From positions 260,524,001 to 260,588,000 of the forward strand of contig CM097885.1 in assembly GCA_044892525.1 (NCBI GenBank): DNA of 64,000 bases. Direction: 5' to 3'. A program made the translations under genes and the position numbers. Every line of letters starts with the position of its first letter. The first letter of the stretch is position 1. Origin of the DNA: Schmidtea polychroa (Eukaryota). The notes under the pieces were generated by a model. The model had not been told where the DNA came from. It worked only from the letters and a program-made list of their open reading frames with translations, and made no database searches. Below are positions 51,174-63,400 of this stretch, in pieces.

Positions 51174-52105
51174 TTAAAAATAATAATTTCTTTCTTTTCC
51201 TTTTAACCGATTAACTATTATAATTAATATGGGAACGAAATCCCTTCGACACTGAACGCTATCATTTACCCATATATTACTATTGAAATAACCTGAAAAG
51301 CATTTTGATGAAATAAATCTATTCAATTTTATTCCGGAGTTTTCCAGTGAATTCTGAATATTTTCCAGTATTTTATGGAAAGGATTTTCAGTAAGGCATT
51401 TTTGAAAGTTCGAATTAATAGCGGCCAGTTTCTCAATGATTCTACACAGCTCAGCAACGTAATTCAATCCGACGAAGAAATAGTTCATTTTCCCGTTCCG
51501 TAAAACCAGTCGATCATCATTCAGTAAAATCATCAAATCTTGGTGGGAAATATTTTGAAGGAAATTATCCAAATTGTAAAATTCGAATCCGAAATATGAA
51601 TAACAAATCTCAATCAATGAATTCTGTTGAAGATCTTTTGCGATTTGATAAATTCCAAAAATCTTATCCAATGATAACAGTTCTGTGATTGTATCGCAGC
51701 AGAATTTGACAACTCGATTGATTTGAAAGGCATCAGCCAATTGCAAAACGTCGCAAATATTATCATTGGTAATATCGATTTTTCCAGTATATAAATAGCT
51801 CAGAAACAATGGGAAATGTTGGGAATATTTCACGAGAGAATCGATTTCTATTGTCACATTTTCTGATTGCTGAATCTCGAGGGAGTTTTCAATTAATTTT
51901 TCAAATACAGAACTGGAGATTTGCAGAATGATTTTGTGGCTTCTAAACAGTTGATTGCCATACTTGATAGTACAGTCGCAATTCTGGTTCTTAATTCGTT
52001 TCTCGTTCAATTTCTCAAGCAGGAAATCTACAATAAATAGGTGAGATTATTAATTTCCATACATTCCATACTGATATGCTCAATTCTTGTATCGCCTATC
52101 GACAT
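51174..52105 (-). CDS. BTB/POZ-BACK domain protein (Kelch-like N-terminus); 3' end uncertain
   Basis: Exon 1 at 52063-52105, a 35 bp GT-AG intron (52028-52062, phase 1), then YFLLEKLNEKRIKNQNCDCTIKYGNQLFRSHKIIL...FLSYLYTGKIDITNDNICDVLQLADAFQI. Confidence 0.85.
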
Positions 52106-55100
52106 TCAATAGGAATTTTAAATTTGACATGTTAAAGTTCAAAATGCAATACAATTATAACAAAAATAAGTTTTCAATTAAATTATATTTCTAATTTACA
52201 AATTGTTTCAAGCTAATTATTATTGTTATTATTATCATTATTATTGTTATTATTATTATTTTTGGACAAAATTGTAATTAGGATTTGTAGTGTATTAATT
52301 TTGTTATTATTGTGTTTATTATATAAAAAAATAAATAAATAACTATATAGTGTAATTCCCTATAATAAATTATTGCTATAGAGAATTACAAATTTAAAAA
52401 AATAAAAAATTCATTAAGAATAACTTGTAAAAAATTAACGAAGTAAGAAAGCCTCAATCATCTGAAGCAATTTTTTGATTTCCAACAAAAATCAGAATAA
52501 TCGAAACTCGAAGATTTAAAGTACGAAAGGTTTATATTTAAATAAACGTTTTTTAAAGTAAAATTAGTTTGTTATATTTTGGGTTAATTTAATATTTATT
52601 TTGGTTGTATACACGCAATTTAATCAACACACAATCACCCAGCAGTGTCGAGACAGTATTTTTAAAGGAGACTCGGCCGTGCTCTACAAATTCTCCCAAT
52701 ACTAACATTTACAACAAAATTAAAATAATAAACATAATAAATAATAACAAAGCCAATAATATACATAATAAATAATAACAAAGCCAATAAAATAACACTA
52801 TATATTTCAATTTCTAAGTATAATAAATTTAGAAAATTTCCAAAAGAAATATATGATTATATATTGGATACTTGTTCGGAATTAATTATATCCAGCTCAA
52901 GAAATCCATAGAAATGTGTAAGTTTCTCAATAAACTTTAGTTAATTATATAAAAGTTTAGGCTTACATTTAAATAATAAATTAAATAAAAAATTGACTTA
53001 CTTTTTTTTATCATAAATTTATCATAAAATCTAAAAGATAATTTCAAATAGTTATATTAAATGAAAGAAAATCAGAATAAATCATTTAAAATACATAAAA
53101 TTTAATATTAATGTTAAAAACAAAGCAAAGCTTAATTGACCTATTTTATTTAATGTCCATAAAATGATTATATAATGCGCTTTGGTGTAATTTTACATTT
53201 ATCAATTTTAAATTTATCATAATTTAAAAAGAATTTTAAGTTTATGCTTCAGTATTGCTAACATTTGTTAATTAGTCGAGTAAGCATCGTGAAATGGTGG
53301 AAGAGAAGGTACCAGTTGCTTTTTCACTGAGCTGTTCTCGATGCATGCTCTCACTTTCAGTAGAACGATTTTTTCGGCGAGGGTCTAAAGAGTGATCTCG
53401 TCGCGTTAGCCGCTGTGAGTTTTTGATCATCAAAAAAAAGAATCATCAAATATCCAGAACTTTCGACAGGATACCAAATCGATAATTCCGTATTACTGAC
53501 GTTCGGCATCACAATAGATGAATTTTAAATTTTATTAATTAATTATTTTATTATGTTTTTATTTTAATTACTTACTTTAGTTAGTAGATAGTTATGTGCA
53601 CTCCAGATCCAGATACCCCCCTTTTTTTTAAATTTTCAAAAAGACCTCCCCCTACTTAAATTTTTTTTTAGAAGACCTAACTTTTTTTTTAAATTTTTAA
53701 AATACCCGCCTTACTTTTTTTTTAAATTACATAATAATTTTAATTTGTTTAAATCGTTGATTATACAATAATATTTTTTGTTTTAATTATCGATTATATA
53801 ACAATTTTACTTATACATCTTTCTCACTCATTCATCTTTATTAAAATAGTTTCAAACCAACATGTTTTAGTCATCAATAAATCGAGTAAGGGTAGGAAAT
53901 TATTTAGAATCAACAAGTAACCCACAGACCTTAGTGTAATAGATGTTAATACATATTACAATAAACCCACTCACATGGGTATACATATATTAAACCACGC
54001 ACATATTAATATTATTATTCAATACATACAAGTCATAGAGGTTAAGCACATACGAACCAATGAAAATTATACATTGATATTGCATCTTTATTGCATATGA
54101 GTAATATCAAAACTGTAAAATTCATTACATCATTGAATAATAACTTCTATTACAATATTTTAAACTATATTCAATCACTAATTATTGCAAAATAATAAAT
54201 TATTCCAATTAATGGTTAGAAAACTAATAAAAATATTACAATAACTCAAAACATTTTAACGAAATCTTTCAATAAATTGCAATAATGTTATAAAGTATTC
54301 ATTAAGTTGCAATAAAGTGGGAAATTATTTCGGTGAATGGCAGCAATTTAATAAATATTTTACACTAAATTACCACAAAATTATGAAACCTTTCATTAAA
54401 TTACAACAAAGTATTTACATTTTTCATCAAATTGCAACAAAGTAATAACATATTTTGTAAAAATTTCAACAGTTCTAAAATATTTAAGCAATTTGTAACA
54501 AGATTATAAAAATATTGTAACAAAGTAATAACATACCGATGACTAGTTAACTATATGTATTAGCACTGTACGCAAAACTGTTCATATTTTTATTAGTGTT
54601 TTTTATTTGGGTGATGTGAGATTTTATATCAGGATATTAAATATTTATATCAATTCGAATTTCTATTTGTCAAAGTAAATATTATTAAATAAAATTTCTC
54701 TCGGTTCTATGAACTTAAAAATAAATTATTATTGATAATAATAAATCTTTTTGGTAAATATATTATTTTTTAAGTTTATTCATTTCTCAACTACGTTTCG
54801 CATTATTCTATAAATTGATAATATGTTAATGCACTACTAAAACCTACTAATTTCTGCAAATAATTCATAATTAATTTGAATAATATGTTAAATTTAATAA
54901 AACTTATGATTTTTATAGCTTAAATATTATTTTAAAAAACAATTTAAAAACTTTGTAAGTTTAATTTTAATCTATTTTAAAAAATTAAGATTTCTAGTTA
55001 TAATAAATGAAGTTTCATAATTTTTGAAAATAATGAGTGGTAAATGTGAATAATTGTCAACTCAAACAATAGAATTTAAAACCTTACAAAATAACATCAT

Positions 55101-55299
55101 TATTTATTCACACTGAAACACTCAAACCTTTTTCATCCAATCTTTATATACACATTTAAAAAAATATAAATCTATACTTAAGAAAACCTATTCTCATATT
55201 AAAACTAAACATTTATTAAAATTCTGAGAAATGTGATCGTTATCTATTGATGAGATGACCTAAACTATAGAAATTCTCATACACACCGAGGATTGGTGC

Positions 55300-55990
55300 T
55301 TACTTGACTGTCAAGGCCACATTGCCAAATCCATCTCCGATTGTACCATGCCAGACTTCTTTATAAAGACCGACACTCTAAATGACGCGCAATTTCTTTT
55401 CCTTCTAAGAGCACGCAATAATATCTTAAATCTTAAATTTACTCCACATAGGATTAAATCTAAATTAGCAATTCTATGTAGACATTGTTGGGCTCATCCA
55501 GAAACACAGGACCATATCTTCAATCACTGCCCAGCTAAAATAAATGCATGAAGAAATAAACATACGCGTGTACTTGAAGCTGTTGCAGCATTCCTACTCA
55601 ACAAAACTTTAAAATCGACATCTAAATATGCCCCGAAGGAGTTAAAACAACTCTTAGACCTGATCTCATCGATAAATCATCTAGGAACTCTCTGACCCAT
55701 ATCTTAGACATTAAAATGCCTTATGAAATACGCGAAAACTTTAAAATTGCAAGAGATAATAATTTCGAAAAATATAAGAACTTGGCATTAGAAATAGGAC
55801 ATGCCTACAAATGCAAAACCACAGTATCCGCACTTGTAGTAGGAACACTTGGATCGTGGGATAAAGAAAACGATACAAGGCCTAAAATAATAGGGACAGT
55901 GCCTCACGGTTACCGAATCATCCAACAAGCTTATACGCTGCTATATTTGCCGATGCTTACCAAATATATTTCAAACATAAATTTCCGTTG
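55300..55990 (+). mobile_element. 3' relic of an R2/NeSL-like non-LTR retrotransposon (CCHC finger plus restriction-like endonuclease)
   Basis: RARNN...CRHCWAHPETQDHIFNHC, then LRPDLI...ILDIKMPYE...EKY..LA...LVVGTLGSW. Confidence 0.85.
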
Positions 55991-56130
55991 ATCAAGACGG
56001 TGCTTTAATTAATTATAGTGAGAAAATACGTTTCTGCCTGCATCTCCGACAGGTCTAGCCCATACCCATAGCCTGACAGCCCACAGCCCGAAAGCACATA
56101 GCCTAAAGTCTGAAAGTCTGAAAGCCTAAA

Positions 56131-56430
56131 ATGGATGCTCTTTTTACCAATTATGATCGAGATACTACAACTAATTTTTATTTACGCGATATGCTTAGAG
56201 ATTTAGATCTCAGGTATAAAGTCATTATGAGAGATGAAATTGTGAAATACCTGTGTAATACTTGCAAACGACTAGTGGAAAAGGATAGCATTGGGTTTTG
56301 TGCTCGAAAAAGGACAAGATTTATTTCGACTCGTATGGGATTATTCCAGTCAAGTAAATGGCCGAGTACCTCAGTGACGGTTACGAGTATACTACTTGGC
56401 AGGTCCAGCGCTCTGTGTTTTTGTATTATT
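56131..56430 (+). pseudogene. Adenain-like (Polinton/adintovirus maturation) cysteine protease relic
   Basis: NFYLRDMLRDL...VIMRD, then after a frameshift LQTTSGKG*HWVLCSKKDKIYFDSYGIIP...YL..GYEYTTWQVQ (HWV at 56289, YFDSYG at 56322, QVQ at 56400); the catalytic Cys segment is missing. Confidence 0.8.
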
Positions 56431-56459
56431 TAACTTAAGAAAAAGAGAACGCTTCAGAC

Positions 56460-56734
56460 CTATAATTATAAAACTAATACCGGAGGTACTGCATTAAAGA
56501 ACTCCATTATGATTCCTGTTAATCTTGCAGGGGGACTATGTCATTAAATACTTCCGCAATCATGATGAAGTCGAGAGTAAATTCGTGAATGAATCCGGGG
56601 ATCGGATGCGCGGGGTGTTGAACATGAACAACAACCAGATTTCAAACCTGCCCCTCTCAATCGCAGAATGCGATGCCGTCAGTAAGAATTATGCCAGGAA
56701 AAGATTTGCGGAGAGCAAGGAGATTAAAAAATGA
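56460..56734 (+). pseudogene. Viral fibre-like motif ORF
   Basis: FVNESGDRMRGVLNMNNNQISNLP....DAVSKNY resembles the 'GD.M.G.L.M....I.NL..P....DA..K.YVD' motif of fibre/tail-like proteins. Confidence 0.5.
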
Positions 56735-57539
56735 AATCTTTCCACAACTCACACTTGAGTCACGATATAAGAATCAAATAAATAATCAAATACATCAACT
56801 CAAGAATGAAATGAATCAAATAAAGGATATGAATTGAAATTGATCAAGCAAGAATTGGATCAGACACGCGTATTCATGCCATGATTGGGAATAAAACCAA
56901 GAGTGTACATGTTATAAATAATAGCTTTATATATCCTGGGGGGTACATCTAAATTTACTCTCGGAGATTCTGGAATAATTATCAAATTGCTTATCCACCC
57001 ACCTCTTTTAGATTTAAACACGATAGAATTTTTTATATAGGAAACTAGCAGCTATGAATAATATAAGCCCAGGCCAATTATTTTACAAATCTGGTTCTGC
57101 TGGTCCTAGAGTTAGGAAATTCCAAGATTTAGAAAAGTATTTATCTAAATAAATGGATGAGACAATCATTGAAGAGGAAATCCATCCAATATTTTTCGAG
57201 AGTAAATATCTCTCTTTGGAACATGAATTTAAGTATACACAGTCCTATGCACCAATAGTCCCAGCCCAGAATTGGATAAATGAATTTTGGTTGGAGAAGA
57301 AAAAACTCGATGAGAGACTTAAGCATGATAGATAAATCAAGTCTCGCTGGACGAAACCTGAATCGCGTACATATGTTTATGGGCACGAGTTTTCTGACAT
57401 ATCACCACAGCTCTGAAAGCGTTTTGGCTTCGTTTGTATTCGTCACACTTGTTTAAAGTTTTGAAAGGTTCGGTTTCAGCTTCAAATTGACCACAAAATA
57501 ATATGTCAAGTATTACATAAATTTATGCTATTCCCGCTT

Positions 57540-58185
57540 TTACTTTCTAATAATATTGTTACTTCCTGGAGCTCTGATTTTGTAAAGGTGCTAACATTAA
57601 AATACTTTTTTAATATTAAAATCATTGGAGATGAATGTCTTACTCCTCGCGGAATCAAAAACTATTTGCAGGTCCCGATCGGATACTCTAAACGTTAATT
57701 TTAGTAAATTGACTTTAATCATTCCATACTCCACAGAAGTATAATCCGATAGGTCTAACTTCATTTCCTATGAATCATTCAAGTACTTGAATAAGCACGC
57801 GTTATTCATGGTCGTTGTGAAAATAGTTTTGACGTCACTCGGATTTTATTGTTGACGTCCTTGGCCTTATGACCTAGGAATATAATTTGTATAACTATAT
57901 GTCTTCCTTTCGTGACAATTTCGGAGATGTTTCTCTGCTTCATTAAATTCCTCATATCATCCAGAATAATTAGGGTCAGGGAATCCGTTGAGACTCACTG
58001 AAATTATTCATGTCCCCCAACAATTCCAAATCCTCGGCGTCGTGGACATTTCTGTACCCTTTCCATTCCAACCGATCTTTACAGAACACATGGACATTTT
58101 CGGGTTTAGAGTTTTATTTATGTAAATTTTATCAAAGGTAGTTTCCCCGGATTCCGTGGCCCCGTAAATAATAAAATGATTAGTA
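57540..58185 (-). pseudogene. A32/FtsK-like DNA packaging ATPase relic
   Basis: FIIYGATESGETTF (Walker A, K changed to E, 58137-58163), LTLIILDD (Walker B, 57956-57979) and IVTKGRH.VIQIIFLGH.AKDV...IR (57899-57907); several frameshifts. Confidence 0.82.
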
Positions 58186-58240
58186 AAATTTTATATGACG
58201 GGCTCTCAGAAGGATCTCTGCACGACCTTCTCCGATTCTA

Positions 58241-59238
58241 GGACAAAATGGGCGAGGACAAAATGGTACGGACAAATGGTACAGACAAAATGGTACGGAC
58301 AAAATGGTAAGGACAAAATGGTACGGACAATATGGTACGGACAATATTGTACGGACAAAATGGTACTAGGATTAAATGGTACTAGTATTAAATTATATAG
58401 ATTTAACTTTGTTTAAATAGAATAATAAGTTTATTTTTTTTTCAAATGCATTTAATTAATTATTGCCCTAACACATAAGTAAGTTGATTTTATTTATCAT
58501 AAATGTCTGGCTCTTCCGTCTTTTGTTTAATAATATTAAAAACAATCCAAAAATCTAGACAATATATAAATTATAATGAATAAATAAATTTAAAAAAAAC
58601 TAGTGTCAAACATCTAAGACTATAGGCCTACTCAGTTACAATATTTCGTTTATGCTTAAACCGTAAAACCTTTTGTAATACAGTGTCTCTCAGACAACAT
58701 TTACATTGAGCACGCGCGCAATATCTCTGAAATATGTAACCGGATCTCAGTTGTTATAATCGACTACCATGGTGTGAAGTGCTTCATTTATGCGGACGTA
58801 TTCTTTCTTCTTCTTTCCGGTTGTTGCACCTAGCTCAAGTTGACGACGATGAGGTTGAGTGCTATTTTGCATGCCGATGAAGTTGTCCTCCATGGAATCA
58901 CAGATTACTTCAATGTCTTGGTACTCTGGATCCGTTGTCAGATTTTCGAAAACTTCTATGACGTCATTTGCTGGAATAAATGCTAGAGCAAGAAGACGCA
59001 TGACAATAAGCGCGAAATCTGGTTCATCTTTGTAACGTTCTTAAAAACCTTCTGATTGTAGTTTCCTCCAGACGCAATGACCAAAGTGAAACATGCATCC
59101 AGTTATTGCTGCCGTTGGAATTCTATTGGTTATTCTATCAGTTTAGTTCGCTATTTTTTTTATTCATTTTGTCCATACCATTTAATCCTAGTACCATTTT
59201 GTCCGTACCATTTTGTCTTCTACCATTTTATCTCGCCA
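58241..59238 (-). mobile_element. Internally deleted MULE/Mutator element with tandem-repeat TIRs
   Basis: GCMFHFGHCVWRKLQ and LLALAFIP..DV..VFE motifs; the left end is (AAAATGGTACGGAC)n...ACTAGGATTAAATGG and the right end (59168-59238) is its inverse. Confidence 0.85.
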
Positions 59239-59464
59239 CCCCTTCTCTTCATTGATGTAGCACTTGAATTACAGTGAGTCTCGGACGTTTTGTTTTATTG
59301 TCTGAATTCTTTAAGGACTATAAATTCCGAAATAAAAAGCATGTAAAATACCAAAGAATTATACATAATAACATTAAGATTTTAATAATATTATTTCTAA
59401 AAAAATGTTCGACTGCTTGAAACTCTCTGGGACCTTCTTCTTCTATTTTCGAATTTTCTTGCAT

Positions 59465-59935
59465 TTATTTTATAAAGCATAATTGAAATATTTCTGAACG
59501 GAAGCGTTGTGATTCTAGGAGGTGCTCTAGGATGTACCGTTTATCGATTAAATATATATTGTGCGATATTTGGCAACTCATTTCGAAAAACCTCAAGAAA
59601 TCTCTGAATTTCAAGCAGCCATAATCTATGGAAACATACGTCTCGTTGGTCTTTCCGATTACTTGGAATTTATTCTTGGATTTCGAGGCCAAGGATTTGA
59701 TAAACATGTGGGCGTCATAACCGTTTAGATTATGGAGTACAATCGGGAATTTCATGGATTTTTTGCAATTGACCTTGCTCGCCTGACGTGCTGCTCATTG
59801 GTAATTATTCTCGAGGATGAAATGATCATGGTCACGAACTTTGTCACGGACTTTGTCAGGGAATTCGTCACAGAGTGGTTTCCTCCTACACATCCAGCAT
59901 TTGGTGGCCTCCTGGTATTCGAGCTCCTGATTGAT
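59465..59935 (-). pseudogene. N-terminal part of a Polinton-type protein-primed DNA polymerase B
   Basis: One frame reads EYQEATKCWMC...DKVRDHDH...Y.*AA...NC..SMKFPIVLHNLNGYDAHMFIK...YVSI...LKFRDFLRF, the Polinton 'C..C...KVRDHCH.TG.YRGAAH..CN...P..FHNL.GYD.H' signature with a single TGA. Confidence 0.88.
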
Positions 59936-60379
59936 CGCTCGAGGAAATTGATTGTTTCACTATATATAAACTCGCTATGCTTGCTGGGGTCGGGATAAAT
60001 GATTTCGCTTGGAATGGAGTTGCTTTCCAATAATGGATTATAATATATTCAAAAGCAACTAAAACCATTTCGCTTCCAGAAATATAATCGGATTTGTTAT
60101 ATACTTCTTGCCTATTATTTTGCCTATATTATTTGGTTGTGAGTTTTTTATATTTTTACTTTCGTCTTTTGGCTCTCCGGTCTCTCGGCTCTTGGGTATT
60201 GGCTCTTGGGTACAAGTACCTCGAGTCTCTTGGGTACAAGCACCTCGGCTCTAGGCTTAGGGTTTCAGGCCATTGGCTCCTCTATGCGTTTCGCATCTTA
60301 CTAGTACCTCCTCCCACACTTCGAATTAATTAATTAATTCTTTTTTTCGTTCTCGAATTTCCTCATCTTTTTGCGCAAC

Positions 60380-61480
60380 TTGCTTGTTATTTGTTTGTGC
60401 TTCTTCCGAAATATCGTGTACATGATGTTTGAATCTAGAATTAGCGTGTAACTTTATTTTCCGTCCATATACTATCTCAAATGGTGACTATTTTGTAGCA
60501 CTTTGTCAAGTTGCATTTATACTAAATTCAATTTGAGGCACCAGTTCGTGCCACTGTTTTTCTGTATAGCTCCCTTTCATTGTCGTCACAAGTAAATCTC
60601 TCATTATTCTGACAGCTCTTTCCACTAAGTCATTCGACTGATGTTGATATGGTGTAGCGTATTCTTGCTTTATTCCAAGTTGTTCCAATTTTTCCTTCAA
60701 ACATTTCTTTCCAAATTTCGCCCTCTGTCTATCAATATACTTTGAGCTTTACCATATTTGTAAATCCAACTGTTTATTAGCGTCTTCAATTACCGTTTTT
60801 TTCATCTTGGTTTGCTGTAGCCGTTAGACTTACTAATTTGGTAAACCTATCAATAATAATGATAACATACTTTTTGTCAGTTGAAGTTCGTCCCACGACA
60901 GCAACATCCATCACAATCTGTTCTAGAAATTCAGAACTTTCGTGTGGAATAAAAGTTTCCTTTATCTTCCTTTGATCTATTTTCCTTCTTGCACATGTGA
61001 CACATCGTTTTAATATCTTTTCAACGGTTTCTTGCATTTTCGGTAAGAAAAAATCCACTTCCAAATAATGAAACAGTTTCTTAATTCCAACGTCACATAA
61101 ATCTTCATGTATTTTAATCACTAGTTTAGATTGATAGTTTTTTGGGATTATCACTAGATCTGTTTTGTCTGATTCCAATACAAGAATATCATCCAATATC
61201 TTTAAATATTTCCACAGCGTAGCTGTTTCATCACAAAGGAAAACATCGAATGCTTCTGTCCTCTTCAAATCATTCCTAGCGATCCAATCATCAATTGTCA
61301 TATCCATTTTTCAGCTTCCTTGGTACATCTGGCGTCGTATCCTCTAATTTCCATATCCAAGAGTTCTTGCACATGTTTCGGTAGTGTGTCTCTTGCAGAT
61401 TTTTCCCTTCTCTTCGAGTCGTCATTGTGTGAACATTTTCGGTGTGGTCGCTAGTTACAACAATTGGTTCCATCTAATGA
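60380..61480 (-). mobile_element. Gypsy integrase relic
   Basis: Zinc-binding IHEDLCDVG...FFLPKM...RCVTCAR, core IVMDVA...YVIIIIDRFTK, TPYQHQSNDLVERAVR, and SPFEIVYGRK downstream. Confidence 0.88.
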
Positions 61481-61899
61481 TTTATTTTTTCATTAACACA
61501 GTGTGATCACATTGTATTGAATTACGCAATATACTCTGAACTGCTTCACATTTTGTCTTTAGCCTCTAATGTATTATCATTATTAAAATAAAGAAGGATC
61601 GAGAAATATACGAAGGATCTTGAGAACAAATGTGTAAACAGAAGGAACGAAGAAATAAATATTAAGGTATGCCTGAATCCAAAGAAATAAAAATAAAACA
61701 TTGCAATTGCGCTATATCAAAGAAACATGAGACATTTCAGAAACTAAAAGTCGACCTGTAAAGAAAATTAGTAAAAGGAATTTCGGAAACAATCTGCCAA
61801 GAACCGTAACACGCCTATTATAACCTCAAGAAAGAGAGAAAATATCCAAAGGTAGAAATAATAAAAGTCACATAACCTTACCAAAGAAAAGACAAACTA

Positions 61900-63400
61900 A
61901 AAGAAATACAATTAGATATGGCCGACACAGCAGTCCTGATATAAGCGGTCAACATGAGACTCAATGAAATAGAGATAATGAATTTCCAAGTAATATAGGG
62001 AAAACATTGGAAAGGTTTGTGATGACATTAAGAGACAAGGACACTGGCTCGATGAATATCATGGCAACGAAAATGTTGGAATTGCGGTAAGAAAGGGCAT
62101 ATCGCAGTAAGATGTATAATTTGTGTGGATGAGGAGATCATCTTGCAGTTGCATGTGCAAAAGTAAGAAACCTGCAACGGAGTGACAATATGGATAGGTC
62201 GGCAAATCAGATAACAATTCTCATAAGGCTGTGCAGTAACATGATCGATTATCAATCCCAAGCGAAAAGAAAGCAACCACCAAGAATGAATATATTACAA
62301 TGTATAGAAGCCAGATTACAAATCGAAAATATCCCAACAAAACAACAACGAGAATAGAATACCTTACACATCACAGAAACACGAGAAGCAGAAAAAAGAT
62401 GAAGTAAACGAAAAGAACCTCAAGCAAGAAGAGAAGAAAGATATTAGAGAAGGAGAAAGAAAGATCCATTGAAAGTTGATATCATGATACTAACTACCAA
62501 CGACAGCCAGAGGGGAAAGATAGAATAAATGTGTAATAGACAACAAAGAAGTGTAATACAAATCAATATGATAAGAGTAATAACGAGCAAAGAACCAAAT
62601 TTACAAAGAACTTCAGACGCAGGAATCGAAAGCAAAAAAATTGAAAAAATAGAAAATGAAATATTGAACCATCAAAACCTCAGAACAATTGAGAACTACC
62701 AGAGAAAATGTACCGACATCAACAATCAGGCTGGAATTACAGCAATCCAAGAGAATCGCATGATACCTGTCAACGAAAGATATGACCACAAATCGAAGAC
62801 TATCGCATAAAATGTGTTAGAAATGTAAAAGAACGGGACAGTTGGTCAATAACTGTCCGAATGTGACAAATCCAGAGAAGGATCAATCGCGAAGAAATAC
62901 CATAGAGCAGAATAGGGAAATATATGCCGAGAAAAGAATTCATCAGTCAACTTTCAATGTTAATAAAACAAAAGTCGACAAATGCACAAAGACGAACAAA
63001 TGGGGTGAATGAACTGGACAATATCAACGTAATCGAAGAAGTGAGAAGACAATGCATGGAAAAGAGGAGGATAATGAGAGAATTGATTGTGAAAGAAACA
63101 AAACAAGATGAACAACTAATAATGTTGAGAAAGTGGCAGAAAACAAAGCAAGAGAAAATGACGCACTAATGACAACGATACTCAGACTGAAAGAAGAAGC
63201 GATATAAATATATTAGAGGAAGATGTATCAAGGGATCGATGTATATGTATTTAGTATGGAATGGATCAAGTAATCAGCAAGATAAAAATTACAAACTCAG
63301 AGGATAATGAGTCAAACGAATCAGTCGAATCAATATCTAATTTAGAATACAAACGAAAATGGAACGGTAAAAGATCCCGATCAACGAGATGGAAGTCCCA
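61900..63400 (+). mobile_element. Decayed LTR-retroelement-like segment with a gag zinc knuckle
   Basis: CWNCGKKGHIAVRC (CX2CX4HX4C) at 62074-62115; the surrounding A-rich broken ORFs were not assigned. Confidence 0.55.

Noticed and set aside
53270-53520. Possible exon upstream of the BTB gene
   Set aside because: The frames terminate on both strands, and the BTB gene already has a phase-compatible first exon.
56131-59935. Alternative genetic code to explain in-frame stops
   Set aside because: The stops coincide with frameshifts and replace different residues; Rab7 and the BTB gene read cleanly in the standard code.
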